DNA from: the human T2T-CHM13v2.0 reference genome, Homo sapiens
NCBI RefSeq assembly: GCF_009914755.1
Contig: NC_060925.1
Length of the DNA stretch: 64,000 bases
Strand: one strand, 5' to 3'
In this document: piece by piece, positions 42,730-58,214 of the stretch
Numbering within the stretch: position 1 is the stretch's first letter
Layout of the letters: each line of letters begins with the position of its first letter
The notes under the pieces: model-generated
Databases searched by the model: none
What the model saw: only the letters and a program-made list of their open reading frames with translations
What the model was told of the DNA's origin: nothing
Translations under genes and position numbers: made by a program

Positions 42730-43034
<305 letters not shown>

Positions 43035-43629
43035 ACCACCTTGGTTTTTAAAATGTGATGAAACCATGTTGTGTACATAGCATGGCTTATTATTATAAGT
43101 AAATTTGAAATCATGATGGGGACAAATTTAGGTCTCAAAATAGATATTGTGTGACAAGGTTAGGCTAAGACAAAGATGTTAACCTTGGCCAATAGTTATA
43201 GGATTACGTAGATAATAGCTGTATTTTTTTTTTTCTAGTGTCTGTAGTTCTTCAGGTGCTTTATGGACACAGGAGAGAGTTGCAGTCTTTTTAGTTAACT
43301 GCTGAGATTTACCAAGCTTGCACAAAGTCTGATAAAATCATAATATAGAATGTTCTAGGGTCCGAAACCTGCTGAGACGGATAAGACTGATATCTGTGGG
43401 TTGTTGGAATTGTTCTCGTATTGTGCTTTAAATGGGATTTATTAGCTATTCTCTTGAGTTTGATTATAACAGCCCTAGCTAGTTACCTGACTAAACTTAC
43501 ATGCTCATTAGAGGACTTTATCAGTATGGAAGTTCTCCATTTCTCATTCAGATTCCTCTGTGCTCCCCTTAGTAGCTGTCCTACCAGCCTTCCCTCTTAT
43601 TCAATTATTGTAATATAATTGGCAGCCAA

Positions 43630-45600
43630 ACTACTTCATCCATTCAACAGGAGACATTTGCTGAGCTCCAAATTATTAAATCTTAGTCCCCGCCCCTCCG
43701 TCATCCCCACCTCCTGTGTACTGGTCATTTTGTTAAGTTCTGAGGATGCAATGTGAGTATGAAATGGTGCCTAACCTCTGAAGATAGACTCATAAACCAC
43801 TAACTGGAACTTAACTTTTTTATAACTTAAGGCACTTTATAGCAATATATTGTGACGATAATGATAGAGAGTAGGGCACATAGAAGGGAGTGTTTTGTTC
43901 TTTCTTGTTTGTGAGGAAGGAATTCCTGAAGGAGGGGATTTTGGTGCTGAATTTTGAGAGGCTGAGATCATTTACCAGGCCGAGATGGAGAAAGGACAGA
44001 CTGAGGAAACAGCCCAGGTTCAGAGCCCCAAAGGGCTCAGTGAATGTGGAACATGGACTAGGAGTGAATGGAGCCAAGCGATGGTGGTACAGAGGGGAGA
44101 AGAGGCTGGAGGTGCCTACTGGCTTGGGTTCTTGGTCAAACCCATGTCTAGGGCCATGCATTTCATTTCTGAAAGTGTGAACTTTACCCTGACAGCATTG
44201 TGGAGTCATTAAAGGTAAAATAAGTGTTGCAATCACTGTTTTCAGATATGTGAAAAGAAAGCAGGGAGCACTTTAGTGGCTACCATCATAATCCAGGCAG
44301 ACATCATGAGGACCCAAACTAAGGTGATGAAGGTGAGAAAGGAAAGGCGAGACTGGATTGAAGAAATGATTAGGAGAAATAATTAGTTATTGATTAGATG
44401 GAAAGTAGGAAGGGAGTAAGAGGAAGGAAAAAGATGATTCTTGATTCTTCTGGTTTTGATGACTTACATCTGAAGGTGTCATTAGTAAGGATGGAAAACA
44501 TAAGAAGTTTAGGGACAATTGTGAGTTCAAGTTGAAGTGGAGTTGGGGTGTCTGTGGGGCATTCTTTTGATCTTAAGAGGCCTGAGCCCCAGGAGAGAAG
44601 TGAGGGCTGGAGACAATTATTGAAGAGTGACTAGGATTGATCGTGGTAGCCATGAATGTCGTTGAAACTCCACAGGGATGGCCAAAGGATCAAAGACTGA
44701 GCAGACAAAAGAAGAGGAAAATCTGAAAACAAAAGTGACAACATTGAGTACCCGGTGCTTTTTGTTTGTTTGTTTTTATATATTATACAATTCTTACAAC
44801 AATCTCCTGTGAAATAATTATGTTATTGTCTTTTACAGACAGGGTGTCTAAACCTCAGGTGAGCAACTTGCCACGCTGCCCAGAGAGTAAATAGGGAAAA
44901 GCTGTCAGGTCCTATCAGGGCACAGAAGGGTCCGGTAGAGTGAAGATTGAATATAGGAGATTGGATCTGACAGTTAGGTATTCAGTGGGTAGTCAGAAGA
45001 CCTCTAAAGCCTAACACTGGATTGTCACCAGTGAGGAATGAGGAGGAGTTAAGAAGTGGGGGCATCAAATGGAGAGACAGCGAGAGAGCACAGGCAGGAG
45101 AGCGAGCAGATACACGCGGGTGTGTACACGTTTGCGAGGAGTTGTGTGTATGTGTGTGATAGTGATTAGAGCTTATAGTTTGGTTGAGAATAGTGGTGAG
45201 GAAGTGACTACAAGTAGAAGAGGAAATCATTAATGGAGTAAAGTTCCAGAAAAGATAGGGGGGCCAAGTTCTAGAGCACAAGCATACTCAAAGGGGTTGT
45301 TATAAAAGGGAATTGGGACGTTTATTCCATTGGGACAGGAGAAGACGAGGAAGAGATATGTGTGGCTGTAGGTGAATATGCAAGTGGATGGGAAAGAAGT
45401 TGAGAAAGTTTGTTCCTGATGGCTTGGATATTTTCAGTAAAGGAGGAGATGAAATCTGCTGAGAGTGTGGGGCCTTGAGGAGACAGCTGGAAGTTAGTAA
45501 CAGTTACCTTTGTAAAAGGAGCCCAGTGCTTTAGGATGAGTGATAGCTGTGTGTCATTGAAGGCCCAGTTGTAGTTTTGTCAGTGGTGGTTAGGTGCTGA
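43630..45600 (-). mobile_element. Degenerate L2 (long, fragmented; MIR nested at ~44770-44880)
   Basis: ttcatccattcaaca start and purine-rich L2 body. Confidence 0.65.
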
Positions 45601-47889
45601 CGGAGGATTTTTTTTTTTCTGTTTGATAGAGTACTGTAATATGAATAGCATGAATGACCTTTTACAATAGAACGCACAGGCCCTGCCTGAAACATTAAGT
45701 TTGGATGGTGATTTAAAGATTGGACAGGAGGAGAGAAGGAGCAGCAGACTTAACATTAGGGAACTTGAGTTCTAGTCCTAGTTCTTCCATTTAATGGAAG
45801 ACGGGGAGTTCTTCCTCCTCATCTTTCAATGGAGGAAGTTGCATTTGATGTCCTCTCAAGTCTTCTGTAGCTCTCAGAACTTCTGTGAGATTTGCACATC
45901 ATTAGACAAAAATGAGTGGAGAAGAGAGTAAGAGCAGCTAGACTCCCATCACTTATCATTTATGGGTTCTTCTGATGGCAGCGCTAATCCCAGAGCCTTT
46001 GGGAAGTTGACAGCATGAACAGCAGGACAGCTGTTAGATAACCGTACCCAGGTGTCTGCAGTTGTGTCTGTACCTGGCAATGGGAGAGGGGTAGCAAGTC
46101 AGAAAAGGGGAAGGACAGGAGCATGAATCTGTGATGGGATTTGCGTGTGGGGTAGACAGTTTGGATTTACCCTTTGCCCCTCCTGCTGAGTGCCACGGTT
46201 TCCTGAGGAATCACTGGTAGCAGATAATTTAGTCGTTTCATAAGAGAAGGTGATGCTCTTTGCATTCATCTCTATGTTGTTTCTCTCTCTCTCTCTCTGG
46301 TTGCATTTTCTTTTTTCTAGGCTCATTTCTCACTCTTTGTTAAAAGTGTAGTATTGTAGAAGAGAATCGAACAGTTGGAGAAGGATAAGTATTCAGAGGA
46401 TCTTACCTTAAGAGTCCTTTCTCCTTTCCGTTTCCATCACTGCACCTTGAATGTCTTTGCCTATAGATTTTGAAGGATTTCATCACTCTTCTGAGTTGGC
46501 TGTATTCTTCCTCTGGAAGGTGTACTTATTCTTCAAAGCCATTTAACTGTCTGAGCCCCCTTTTAAGAACAGGGATAACATCTTAAAGCCCTCAAGGTGT
46601 GGTTAGCATTAAAAGGTGAATCCAGTCAGATGAGTGGCTCCAGAGATTATTGTAATAATTTAACAAGCCTAAGCAGGTGATAGGACACTCCTTTGTAAAT
46701 TAAGCCTCTAATCTTTCTTTATGCTCATGCCGATTTGAGAGAAACCTGGGAATTTCCTTTTCCCCCATTAAGCTATTACACAACTTAATGCTTGGAAAAT
46801 TCTTCACAGGAAGAAACAGGGTGTAACAGTTTTTGTGAGGCATCTTTTAAAAATGCACCCTTTTAGCTGAAGTCTGACTATACAATTGCCTCTCCACCTC
46901 TTTGCTCTAGTTTCTTTTTGAGAGTCTTAATTTCTCCACATAATTATATACTCTTCAAAGTGAAAATAGTTAAAAAATTAAAACCACTTAAACTGAAAGT
47001 TAAAACATTGTTCATAAATATGTTCTTCCATTTCCTGAGAAACAACAGGAAAGATTGCTTTCTCAAAATAAACTAAGTAGCCTGAGTATGAAGTCAGACC
47101 AATAGAGATCAAAGATTCACGCATCATCACACAATGGGAAATTTTTAGTCATTTTTCTAACCACAAAAATAAGTCTAATGCTAGTTCTGGGGGTTTGTTT
47201 TGTTGCCTGTGGCATCAAGATATGTATGTATAATTCAGAATGTACCTTTGGCATATTTGAAATTGTCTTAGCCTAATGTGACTATCTAGTGTGTCTGAAA
47301 GAGCCTATTTTCAAGATATATTTGATGAGTGTGAACATACTACATATACAGCAATGGAAAATAGCCTTCTTGGGCATTAAATTTAGGAAGAATGTAGAAA
47401 ACCAGCTGACTTTTTTTATCTGTTTAGCATCTAGAATTAAAATTAAACTTGCTAGATCAGTAAATAATTGCATAGCTATGCTAGTAGCAAAAGTTTAGCA
47501 GCTCATGTTGAACACTGAACCATATTGAAAAAGGCATCTGCTACAGTAATCTCTCTCTCTCACACACACACACACTCTCAGGTAAGGATAACAGCATTTA
47601 TTAATATTTCTCTATTTCCAGAAATAAGATATGAGAGGTTATTTTAAAGAAAGAAAGTAAATGCTCTTATGATTGGCAGATTTTTATTTGTGGGATACAA
47701 GCAAGATGAGGGAGCAGTATATGCCTGCAGTATTCATCTGTCATTAATTTGTGTCAAATAATGTGATTCTGTATTCCTCAAATGTTGTAAAATAGGTAAA
47801 CATTTTGTCTTTCACAGAAAGATAGAAAATCAGATCTCCAAGCAGTTTACTGCTATGATCTTAGCTTCCTTTTCAAATCCCTTAGGTAT

Positions 47890-48220
47890 TTTAAACCTAA
47901 GTCTTTATATTTAAAATGGGTCTCTTGTAGACAGTATATATTTGGGTCTTGTTTTCTTTATCTACTCTGACAATCTGTGTCTTTTAATTGGTGTGTTTAG
48001 GTAATTTACATGTAAAGTGGTTATTGATACAGTTGGATTAATATCCACCATGCTTGTAACTGTTTTCTATTCATTGCATATGCTCTGTTTCTCCCCCCAC
48101 ATTTACTGCCTACTGTGGTTTTAAGTTAACATTTCATATAATTCCATTTTATCTCCTCTTTGAGAATGTCAATTATACTTTCTTTTTAAAAAGGTTTTAG
48201 TGATTACCCTAGAGTTTATA
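47890..48220 (-). mobile_element. L1M ORF2 fragment
   Basis: gggtctcttgtagacag...ctctgacaatctgtgtcttttaattggtgtgtttag. Confidence 0.8.
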
Positions 48221-48327
48221 ATTGATTTTAGTTTCTTAAAACAAAAAAATACCCCAAAACATATGTATGTGTATGCGTAGAAAAAAATTTGAAGGCTTTT
48301 CAACAAGACATTAAGAGTAATTATCGG

Positions 48328-48628
<301 letters not shown>

Positions 48629-49173
48629 AAGTAATTATCTCTGAGTGGAGATTATAGGTGATTTTGACTTTTTATAATTTTCTGTATTATCTGATTTTTA
48701 AAAAAAATAACAAGCAGGTATTTTATAATCAGAAACAAAGCTTTTTCCATTTTGGTGAGAAAGAAAGAGGTAAATCACAGCGAAATAAGCTGAAAATCTA
48801 TGATTCTAAAATGTATACCCTCTCTCTGCTTCCACCTTGAGATAAGCACATTATCCCATAATTACTTGCACTCCACTAGTGGGAAAAAGGAAAGGGGTTT
48901 ACTGCTTTTAAGCTTGCATTGGAAAGGTTGTCAGCCCCTGTCCTATACCTTCTGTGCCTACACAATGAAAATTGAATCCTCAGAATGACTTGGAATCAGT
49001 CTACCCTGTGGTTTGACATAAAGTTTTCTACATATGTAAAGTTAACCAGGCCCCACTATTTCTGCATTATTGAGGTTCTCCTCTAAGTAGAATGTCTTTT
49101 TGCTCTTCACTATCTTTCAAAAAATAATGAGTAGGATTAGAGCACTTGAAAACCACTTTAAGGTATAGCCTTT

Positions 49174-49462
49174 GCCAGGCAAGGTGGCACACGCCTGTAA
49201 TCATAGCACTTTTGGAGGCTGAGGTGGGTGGATCACCTGAGGTCAGGAGTTCGAGACCAGCCTGGCCAACATGGTGAAACCCCGTCTCTACTAAAAATAC
49301 AAAAATTAGCCGGGCGTGGTGGCAAGCACCTGTAGTCCCAGCTAGTCAGGAGGCTGAGGCAGGAGAATCACTTGGACCTGGGAGGCAGAGATTGCCGTGA
49401 GCAGAGATGTCACGCTACTGCACTCCAGCCTGAGCGACAAGAGTGAAACTCCATCTCAAAAA
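49174..49462 (+). mobile_element. AluSx/Sq-like
   Basis: Full dimer; degenerate TSD AAGGTATAGCCTT / AAAGTATAGCTTT. Confidence 0.95.
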
Positions 49463-51702
49463 AAGTATAGCTTTTCATGACAACTTTGTAATACTTTTTT
49501 TGTTTGCTGTTATGAAATATCTCCTTTTGGGTGGGGTGGAGAGGGGATGTCAGGTAGTATCTGTGGTAATAGGTGAAGAGATAATAGCTAATGTGAGGCT
49601 GTTGGTCCATCTGGATTTCAGGGAACTCACCTCCCCACCTTGTGAAATATTAGAGAAAATTACCATTACTGTTCTCATGATGTTAATTATATCTTCTGAA
49701 GTTTTAGAGGTTTACATATAAACCAAACCCCAATTAAGGTTTAAGAAAGTGGCATGACTTAGTGCAAACAGATGAAATGTTGATTTCTTTAAAAGTTGTC
49801 TTAATACTAATGGATCTTACAGGTGTTTTCAAGAAAGTTATAAGTTTTGTAAGTATAATTTTAGTAAATAAAATTTTGTAAATATAATTTTAATTTTGGA
49901 CTTTTTTTTTTCCTTCCTTACTTGCTGCATCAAAGTGAACAAATGACAAGTGAAATTTTTTTGAGTCTTCTGAGAGAAGGAAGTTTATAAAAGCAGATGC
50001 CTTTTTCTGTACTTCCAGGTCAAAAATTGTAGGCCTCCATTTTAATATAGCTTATTGTTAGAACAAGGAAATTTCATTTAAGACAAGAAATGAAGTCATA
50101 GTTACATTCTGTTTAAAACTAATAGAATTAAACATTTTGACATAAATAAAACAATTAGAAAACTTTACAAAATAAATGTAAAAAGAATTCATTCACAATA
50201 CACTGATTATTACAGCTATGTTAAAGTCTACAATTGAACACAAAATATAAACAATTGTTATTTAAGGGATTATAAGTAAATTTAATAAATTTTCTTTACA
50301 AAATTTTTGGTGAGATATCTTATAAGAAGTAGAGGGGTCAGAAATCAAATTTCTGGGATGCTTATTAAGATAAGCTTGAAATGTAATTGAATTTTTAAAT
50401 TCGCATTACAAGTCATAATAGTAGACTATTCGGTAAATGTAGGGAGTAATGGTAGGTAATAGCAAAGCTAGGTAATTTGACTCTTTTTTTTTTTTTAAGC
50501 TCATTTTCAAATGAGAGACTCCATACACGGAGATAGTAGTGTCGAACAATGATAAAAATTCTAGGAGTTGTTACTATCTTAACACATTTATCTAAGCATT
50601 TACCTATGTTGCCTTGGTGCCTTTGACTGCTGACATTGCACCCTTTCGTCTGTTTTTAACTTGTCGAAATTGTTGTTATAACATTTATCTGCCTCTGTTC
50701 CTCAGGTATAGCTGTGAAAATAGAAATGGTTCGGGGTTAAGGATTGTGAATGGGAGGAAGAAATAATCCTCTCATTATTTTCAATACAGGGAAAGAGGAT
50801 TATTTGTAACCCTGAGCTTTTACCCCAAAAGGACATAAAGTATAATAGGTGATCTTTGCTTTTATAAATGTGAACCATAATAACTACTCTTGGGAAAGGA
50901 TTGATAGGCCCTATTTTCTACTTGCCTTTTCATCCATTTATTTTGTGATAATTCCTCTATGTTTCCTAATCATTTGCTCTTTGAAAAAAGTGAGAGCTTG
51001 TGATCAGTCCTGCACGGAAGCCAGTACACAATCTAGGTATTAGAGCAGTGCATTGACAGAGAGGCTACCTTCCATTTTGTGCTTCCAAGAGGTGGTTGTA
51101 AATAGGAAAGTGAAAATTGTTAAATGACAAAAATTACTTTGAAGTAAATTTCTCTGCCTGTTTTAGAACTTAACTCTAGATGAAGAATCAGTATATTTTG
51201 GGGGGCAGTAATAGTAAGACCAAAAAGCAACGTTTTTACAGCAGTGTCAGAATATCTATTTGCCAAGTATTATTTCCACTTTATGGATGGGGCCTAAAAG
51301 CCAGATAGTTTGTTTGACTTGAAGGTCACTGGTTAATGAGCCTTTTATTACTACGTAGGTTTTCACCGGTGCTGAGCAAGAAAGCTTACAAATCTCCTAC
51401 CTAAGGCATGCTTATATCCGAACCATTCCAAGATAAAGAAAATGTACAATTTAAGCTTTTCTGGAAGAAAGGAAAACCTCAACACTTTCTGATCTCTCTC
51501 AGATCAATAGCATTTTAAACTAAATCTTTTATGCGAAAAGTTAATTAAGGCAACTCCAATTCCTTTCTTAACAGAAATGGTTTTACATCATCCTCCATGA
51601 AGTAACTAACCAAAGACAGGCCCACCTTCATCTTTCTCCTTAGTAAGTTTATTGATCCCAGGGCTCTTTACTCTTACACGTCCAATTTTAAAATGTACAC
51701 GT

Positions 51703-52056
<354 letters not shown>

Positions 52057-52429
52057 TTAAGATTTTCCTTGAAATTCTTTTTAACGTTCTCCATTCCCCC
52101 TTTTAAAGTTACTTAGAAGGGCTGTTATAGGAAACCTCATTTGCTGCAGATCTGATTATCTTCTGGGATAAAGATAGGTAGAAGTTGCAGGGAGACATAC
52201 TTTAGGTTAATGCAAGGAACAAATCAACTTCAAAGCCATGCAGAGCTGGGCTGAATTGCTGGGTGCTGTCCAGGGCCTTAGCATCAAGGGCACTTTTGAG
52301 AGTCTGTCCATCCTTGGCCAAGGGAGTAGAGAGATTTGAAACTTCATGGGAGGGTGGGGCAGAGATGCTCTCTAAGGTTACACAGTGTGTACATACCATT
52401 CAGTCACAAGCTTTGTGCTAGAAAAGCCC

Positions 52430-52580
52430 ATGCTTAAATACCACCTCTGTCCCCTGCTAACTGTGTGACCCTAGGAAAGTAAGCTAAATTCACTAAGCCT
52501 CAGTTTCCCCCTCTTTAAAATGAGGTCAAAATGATAAGAGGATTATCATGTGACTTTAACATACATAAGGCACTTGGTTT
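52430..52580 (+). mobile_element. MIR
   Basis: ctgtgtgacccta...gcctcagtttcccc...aaaatgag. Confidence 0.75.
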
Positions 52581-54289
52581 AGTTATTCCTTCCCACTGAC
52601 TTTGTGATTCTATAGTTTTTCATTCTGTGCCTTTTTTCCTTTCTTTCTTCTTTTCTTACTCTCCAGTTCATTCATTGTAGAGCCATTAATGGTTTTTTCA
52701 CCTTGTATTGTCCTCTTCTTTATTAATACCTGTGCCTTAGGGCCTACTAGTGGTGCCAGGGATTCCCTGAGCTCCTTTGGTAGCATCACTGTCCATGTCA
52801 CATATCTGGACAAGTCAGCGAAGAGGTATTGGTCCTCTGTATCCTTTGGACTTGGCATATGGGCATCCCTGAAGACTTTTACAAAGCCAAGATTCATTGC
52901 TACTTTAGCTTTCCTGTGTTGTGTACTATAACAAGTTCTGCTCCATGAAAGCATCAGATAGCAGTTGGATATAGATGGAGAAAAAGGTTTTGTACAGGGA
53001 CTTATGGATGTAGAAATCTATGCTGGTAACATTTATTTTTTCTTCATCTAAGTTTCTGTTTTTGGAGCCAGGCTTCTAATTACAAATAATTGTATTTGAC
53101 AGAGAAGAAGAATATCAGATCCTGAAGGGCCAGAATGATTCATCCTCTTTAAGGGGAACATGTAACATAACTTTGGGGAATAGCTATAGATACTAAAGGG
53201 GCAACATAAAACAGTTATTGATTACAAAGTGTATGAAGACCCAGTTGCTTGGCAGAGTGATATCATTTAGAAAAGTGGTAGAATCTCATTCGTACACACT
53301 TCATGACTAAAAGAGCTGGTTATACCGTTAGATTGTTAAAGCTAGAAGGAGGCTTTCAGGTCACTCTATGCAGCGATTTTCTTCTATTAATAATAAAATG
53401 GAGATCAGAAGAGTGAAGTGACTTTTTCCTTGAAACATAACTCTTAATACTAAAAAAGGCAAGTCAGGGAGATGTGGGCCCTAATTTTGTTGTTATTTTC
53501 TTACATCTAGTGTACCACCCTGACTCCAGCCTCTGGACCTGGGAGTCATTTCATTGTAGCTCAAAGAAGGCTATATATACCCTGTTAGCCCATACTGCTT
53601 ACTAAGTTGTTAATGAAAAAGTTATTGTTCTTCATAAGAGATCCGTCTTTTGTCCATGGTAAATGATGTTATGAAATTTTTGGTTTATTTGGTTGTTCTA
53701 GGTTAGGAATAATTGAAGTAGGCCAGTCTTTGGACAGTTTAGTTCTCCTGTGTTTAGCACTTTTTGTATTTCTTCTCTGTGCTGGATGTATTTATGTTTT
53801 TCAGTCTTTCTGTGAGTTAACTCTAGGAGATGGGTATAACTGTATCCATTTTTGTCAGATGATAAAAAGAGGCTTGAAATGCTTAAACAACTTGTTCCAG
53901 GTTATACAGCTTATAAACTGGAACTGGATCCCAGGTGAGTTTTCCAGAGCACATGTTCATAATTGCTGTCTTTTTTTTACATTTCCTGCTTCCCTTACTA
54001 CCTGAGTATTGGGGGAACAGGCTGTGGAACTGAAGATTTTACTGTAACAAATGATCCAAGGAAGATCATCTGGCCTGACCCCTTGGCTTCCAGCAGGAAG
54101 GGTGTTTTCTCCCGTGATTTCATGGATGAGATATTCAAGGCCTTGTTTTTATTTATTTTTTGGTTTGCTGTTTCAAAATAAAAAGGCTTTTAGTTCTTTG
54201 TTATTATAAAAGTAATAAATTCTCATATAAAGAAAATATAGGAAATAAGGAGAATTAAAAATGACCTTTGTAGTTCCCTAGTCAGTTGA

Positions 54290-54510
54290 TGAAGAGTGGA
54301 TTCAGATAGCTGTATCCCCTCACTAGCCATTTGACTTTGGGCAAGTTTTATAGCCTTTTCATGCCTCAGTTCCCTGTATGTAAAACAAGAATAATAATAG
54401 TGCCTGCCTTATATAGTTGTTATGAGGATTACATGGGCTCTTATTTGTGAAGCATTTAGAACAGTGACTGGCACACAGCAAGTGCAGCACAAGCATTGGT
54501 TGGATAAAAT
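54290..54510 (+). mobile_element. MIR
   Basis: tgactttgggcaagtt...gcctcagttccctgtatgtaaaa...ctggcacacagca. Confidence 0.85.
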
Positions 54511-55599
54511 AAAGGGCTGCCCATGTAGTCTTCTGGTCTGTGGCCCCTGGAGGAAGAGGCAGAGGCAGACCCAAAATGTAGATCACGCAGTACACAAGTG
54601 GGTAATGGGCTGAGCTGTGTGTTGAAGCAGAGACAGGAAGAGGCGGCCTGGGAACCTCAGTTTCTTTTTGCCTCCTTAGTGATCCTAATAACCTGGAATA
54701 TTAATAAACTTATGTCCCTCACTTTCAAGATGCTGAAAATGATTATGCTTCTTTTTTTTTTCCTCCTAGCTTTCAGAGAGCTCATGGAAACCAAGCCTGT
54801 TTATTTGAGATTTTTCTGTTGCAGGGTAGGCCAGACATGAATTTCCTTTCATGTGATATTTTCTGTGGTCTGTGTTATTTAGTTCTTCCTTTGTTTTCTT
54901 GTGCTTTGGTGTGAAGAAAGAAGATGCCCTGTTTATAAAGCCTTGGTCTTTCATGTATCATGCATTCTTAAACTAATTCCAGTTGCTCTGACCCTTTGAG
55001 ATTTTAAAATTGCTTTGTTCCGGTTTTTAAGTACTTTTGAAATATTAAAAATGTTCATGAGGGAGTGGGTCATGGGAAAAATTTCCCAGGGTTGTTTGTT
55101 CTTAGAAAATTGTGAATTTGCATGGAGAGGTTTTATGCTGGGTTAAATTCTGCCAGGTGCATTGGTCACTTGAACTTGAGTCTGGTTCTTTTGATATTTA
55201 AATCCGTGTTGTTATGGCATAAAGTGCAGAGCTGGAACCTCTTAAAACTAAATGCCTGCTATGTTGAGCTCTTGCCCCATTGTCCCATCAAAGAAAGGTC
55301 TTAACCAGTACTTGGGTTTGCATTGAGGCACCATGTCAATAGTGAGGATCAAAAGATTGGTCTGTTCTGTTTTTTGTCTTTGAACCAAGACTTTCCAAAA
55401 AGAACATAGACTTGTTTTGAATATTGCCGCCTCTGGGTGTGAGTGATTATGCAAGTCAGTAGCATTTTTGTTTTTTTGTTTTGAAAAAACTGTTCAACAT
55501 AGATGCAGAGGTAAGAAATTGCAAGAAAAACAAAAACACTTTTTCAAACTTGTACAAAGCCATCTTTGAATGCAGGTGGTCCTCAGTTTACAAGGAGTT

Positions 55600-56402
55600 G
55601 TAATTCTTCCTTCATCTGATGAAAGACACCACTATCCACCAGTTACCATTTGAACACTTTCCATGATGTATCCTTCTCATTTAACTCCCAGATGCAATGA
55701 AGTGCCAAGCCCTCTCAATTCTATCTTAAATTTTATCTGGTATCTCTTAACTGTGCTGTGGGCTGCTGCAGTCCACAGCTCCAGTTGCGGCCTCCATCAT
55801 GTTTTGCCTGGACTGCTGCAGCTGCCTCTGAACTCCAGTGCTCTCTATACATTGGAACCTTATGTCAGTGACCTCCTTAACACCCTCCAGTGAATTCTCA
55901 TTATCCTTGGAACTCCTTAATAAGGAGTTAAAAGCCAGAGTCCTTAAGACATCAAGACCTTGCCGCAGGAAACCTCAGCCTCCATCTCTAGTCTAGAGTA
56001 CTAGCTTTACCTACCCCCGACCCCTCACCATCTTCCAGACACAAAAAACTTCTTCCTGTACTTCTTATTGGCTAAGTTTTCATGACAATAAGCTTTGACT
56101 ACAGGGTATGTCTGATGTCTAGCACACTTTTTCCCCTTCTGCTCCTTCACTTTTGTTTGGGTAACTCCTGTGTCTTCTTTTGGTTTTAATGTCCTTCCAG
56201 AAGCTGTCTAACCCCTAAACTGGATTAGGTCCCCTTGCTGTTTCCATAGAACATTTTACATCTCCAACATTTCACTTATTACATTGATTTGCCTTTTCTA
56301 ATAGATTTCAAGCCCCATAAGGGCATAAATATGTCTATCTTGTTTCCCACTGTATCCCAATACCCAGCACACAGTAGGATCTCCCGTGTTTTTGAATGAA
56401 TG
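55600..56402 (+). mobile_element. L2 3' portion
   Basis: cttgtttcccactgtatccc...cagcacacagtagg...tttgaatgaatg terminal motif. Confidence 0.75.
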
Positions 56403-56544
56403 TGGTCCAGATCATTCCCTTATTATTACTTGTAGTAGTGCTTAGCACACAACCTGTGAATGAATTTCATTCCTTTAAAGGGAGTTTTCAAAAACCATTC
56501 TTGTTGATTACTTTGCTTAATTGTACTAAATATGTATAAACATG

Positions 56545-56548
<4 letters not shown>

Positions 56549-56578
<30 letters not shown>
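56549..56578. repeat. (TA)n microsatellite
   Basis: About 15 TA units. Confidence 0.95.
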
Positions 56579-56579
<1 letters not shown>

Positions 56580-58214
56580 TTTCTGTGCTTATAGTTTTTA
56601 TAAAACTATTAAACATTTTAAAATCGCAAATACAAATAATATATTAAAACCTTTGAAATTTAAATTAATAAGATGAATGCTTTTTTGCCAACACTAAATC
56701 ACTTATGTTGATTTTTTAAAATATGAAGTTGTTCCATTGGGTCCAAATATGTACTTAAGGCATATGAGTCTTTTGACTGATAGTAGTAATGTAGAGAATA
56801 CTTATTTGCATAAATAAGTTATTCAGAAGCACATTATGAACTCGAAAGCCTTGCTTGCTAGCTCAGGACTATCAGAACTTATCAGATCGTAAATCTGCCA
56901 GTGAATAGTTCTTTAGTTACAATTTTAATGATTTTAATGACTTACAACTTTTTTGTTAGAGCTGTAAATGTCCTGTTCATTCAAAGATGATGTTACCATT
57001 TCAGAATTACTGACATCAACTCCAAATATATATCTAATTCAACTATTGGCAGAATCAGGAACAGGAATATGTTTGTAAATTTTAGTTCTTAGAGATATGG
57101 AAAATTTTTAAGGTTTTCAGCATGCAGCCAAGTGTCAGACTGTTGAAGGAAGTCAATAGATTATAGAAATGACTCATTCAGATTATTTTGAAAACAACTT
57201 GAACAGAACTTTTTGTTATCATTGCCTCCTCTTTATAATTTTTGAATTGCTGAAACAAAACCTTTGCTCTACAATACCTGCATGTGTAGCACATACCTTC
57301 ATGTCATTTGACCTTCCCTTGGTGTGTTTCTGCAGATTATGTATCAAGTCTGCCTCTGTCCTTTCCTCATCAGCCTGAAGCAGTTACTATAGTACATTCC
57401 TTCACTGTTTGTCATTTTATGGTGCCATGAAATTAAAGTCTTGCTCAATGACAGTCTTAAATTACATTTTATCATTGCCGTGTGTGCTTATCAGCACCCC
57501 AGGAGTACTGATCACTGATGAGGAATGCTTGGTGATGTGGCAATTATAAATACACACTTGGGCATGGTATTGCTAAGGGGGTCATTCGGATGGTCCAGTG
57601 TGCATTTATATCAGTTTCCTTTAGATTAACATTAAGATGAAAACACAAATTGAAAGATTATTCTGGAGAAGTCATAGACTCTTGAATGTGTCGGTAGTTT
57701 TTTAGAGATCCTTAGACCCCTGTTTGAGAACACTTGCTTACAGCATTCATAGACTGTGTACAAAAATACAGCCAGATTATTGTGTTTCTGGAAGTGTTCT
57801 GGCGTTTCTAGGCCATTCCTTTAGTTCTCTACTTTTCTTTAGCCTTTGAGCCTATCCCTACATCTTAGAAAACCCCTTCTTGGTGAGAGGAATGTCAAGC
57901 TTTGTTTTCTGGTCTCACGAAGGCCCGATAGGCTCTCTGTTGGGGTCTCTCTCTGGCTATTTCTGGTTACCTAGGTAACCCTGCAGCCCATCCCCTCAGG
58001 AGCATGGAGAATACACACCTGTTGAGGAGGGAATAGAGAGAGCAGGGCAGCAAGGAGAGTTAAGGGCGGCATGAGGATTTCAAGTGTATCAATCAGATAG
58101 ATACTTACACTTAACATTAAAAGGAAAAATCGGTGTGATGTCGACCCCAAAGTCGAAGGTATTTTATTAAGCCAAACATCATCAGGGTAGCAAGTCACTT
58201 AGTATTTGTGTATT

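Noticed and set aside
49600-50390. AT-rich stretch resembling a hAT/Charlie remnant
   Set aside because: Could not identify terminal repeats or a family by eye
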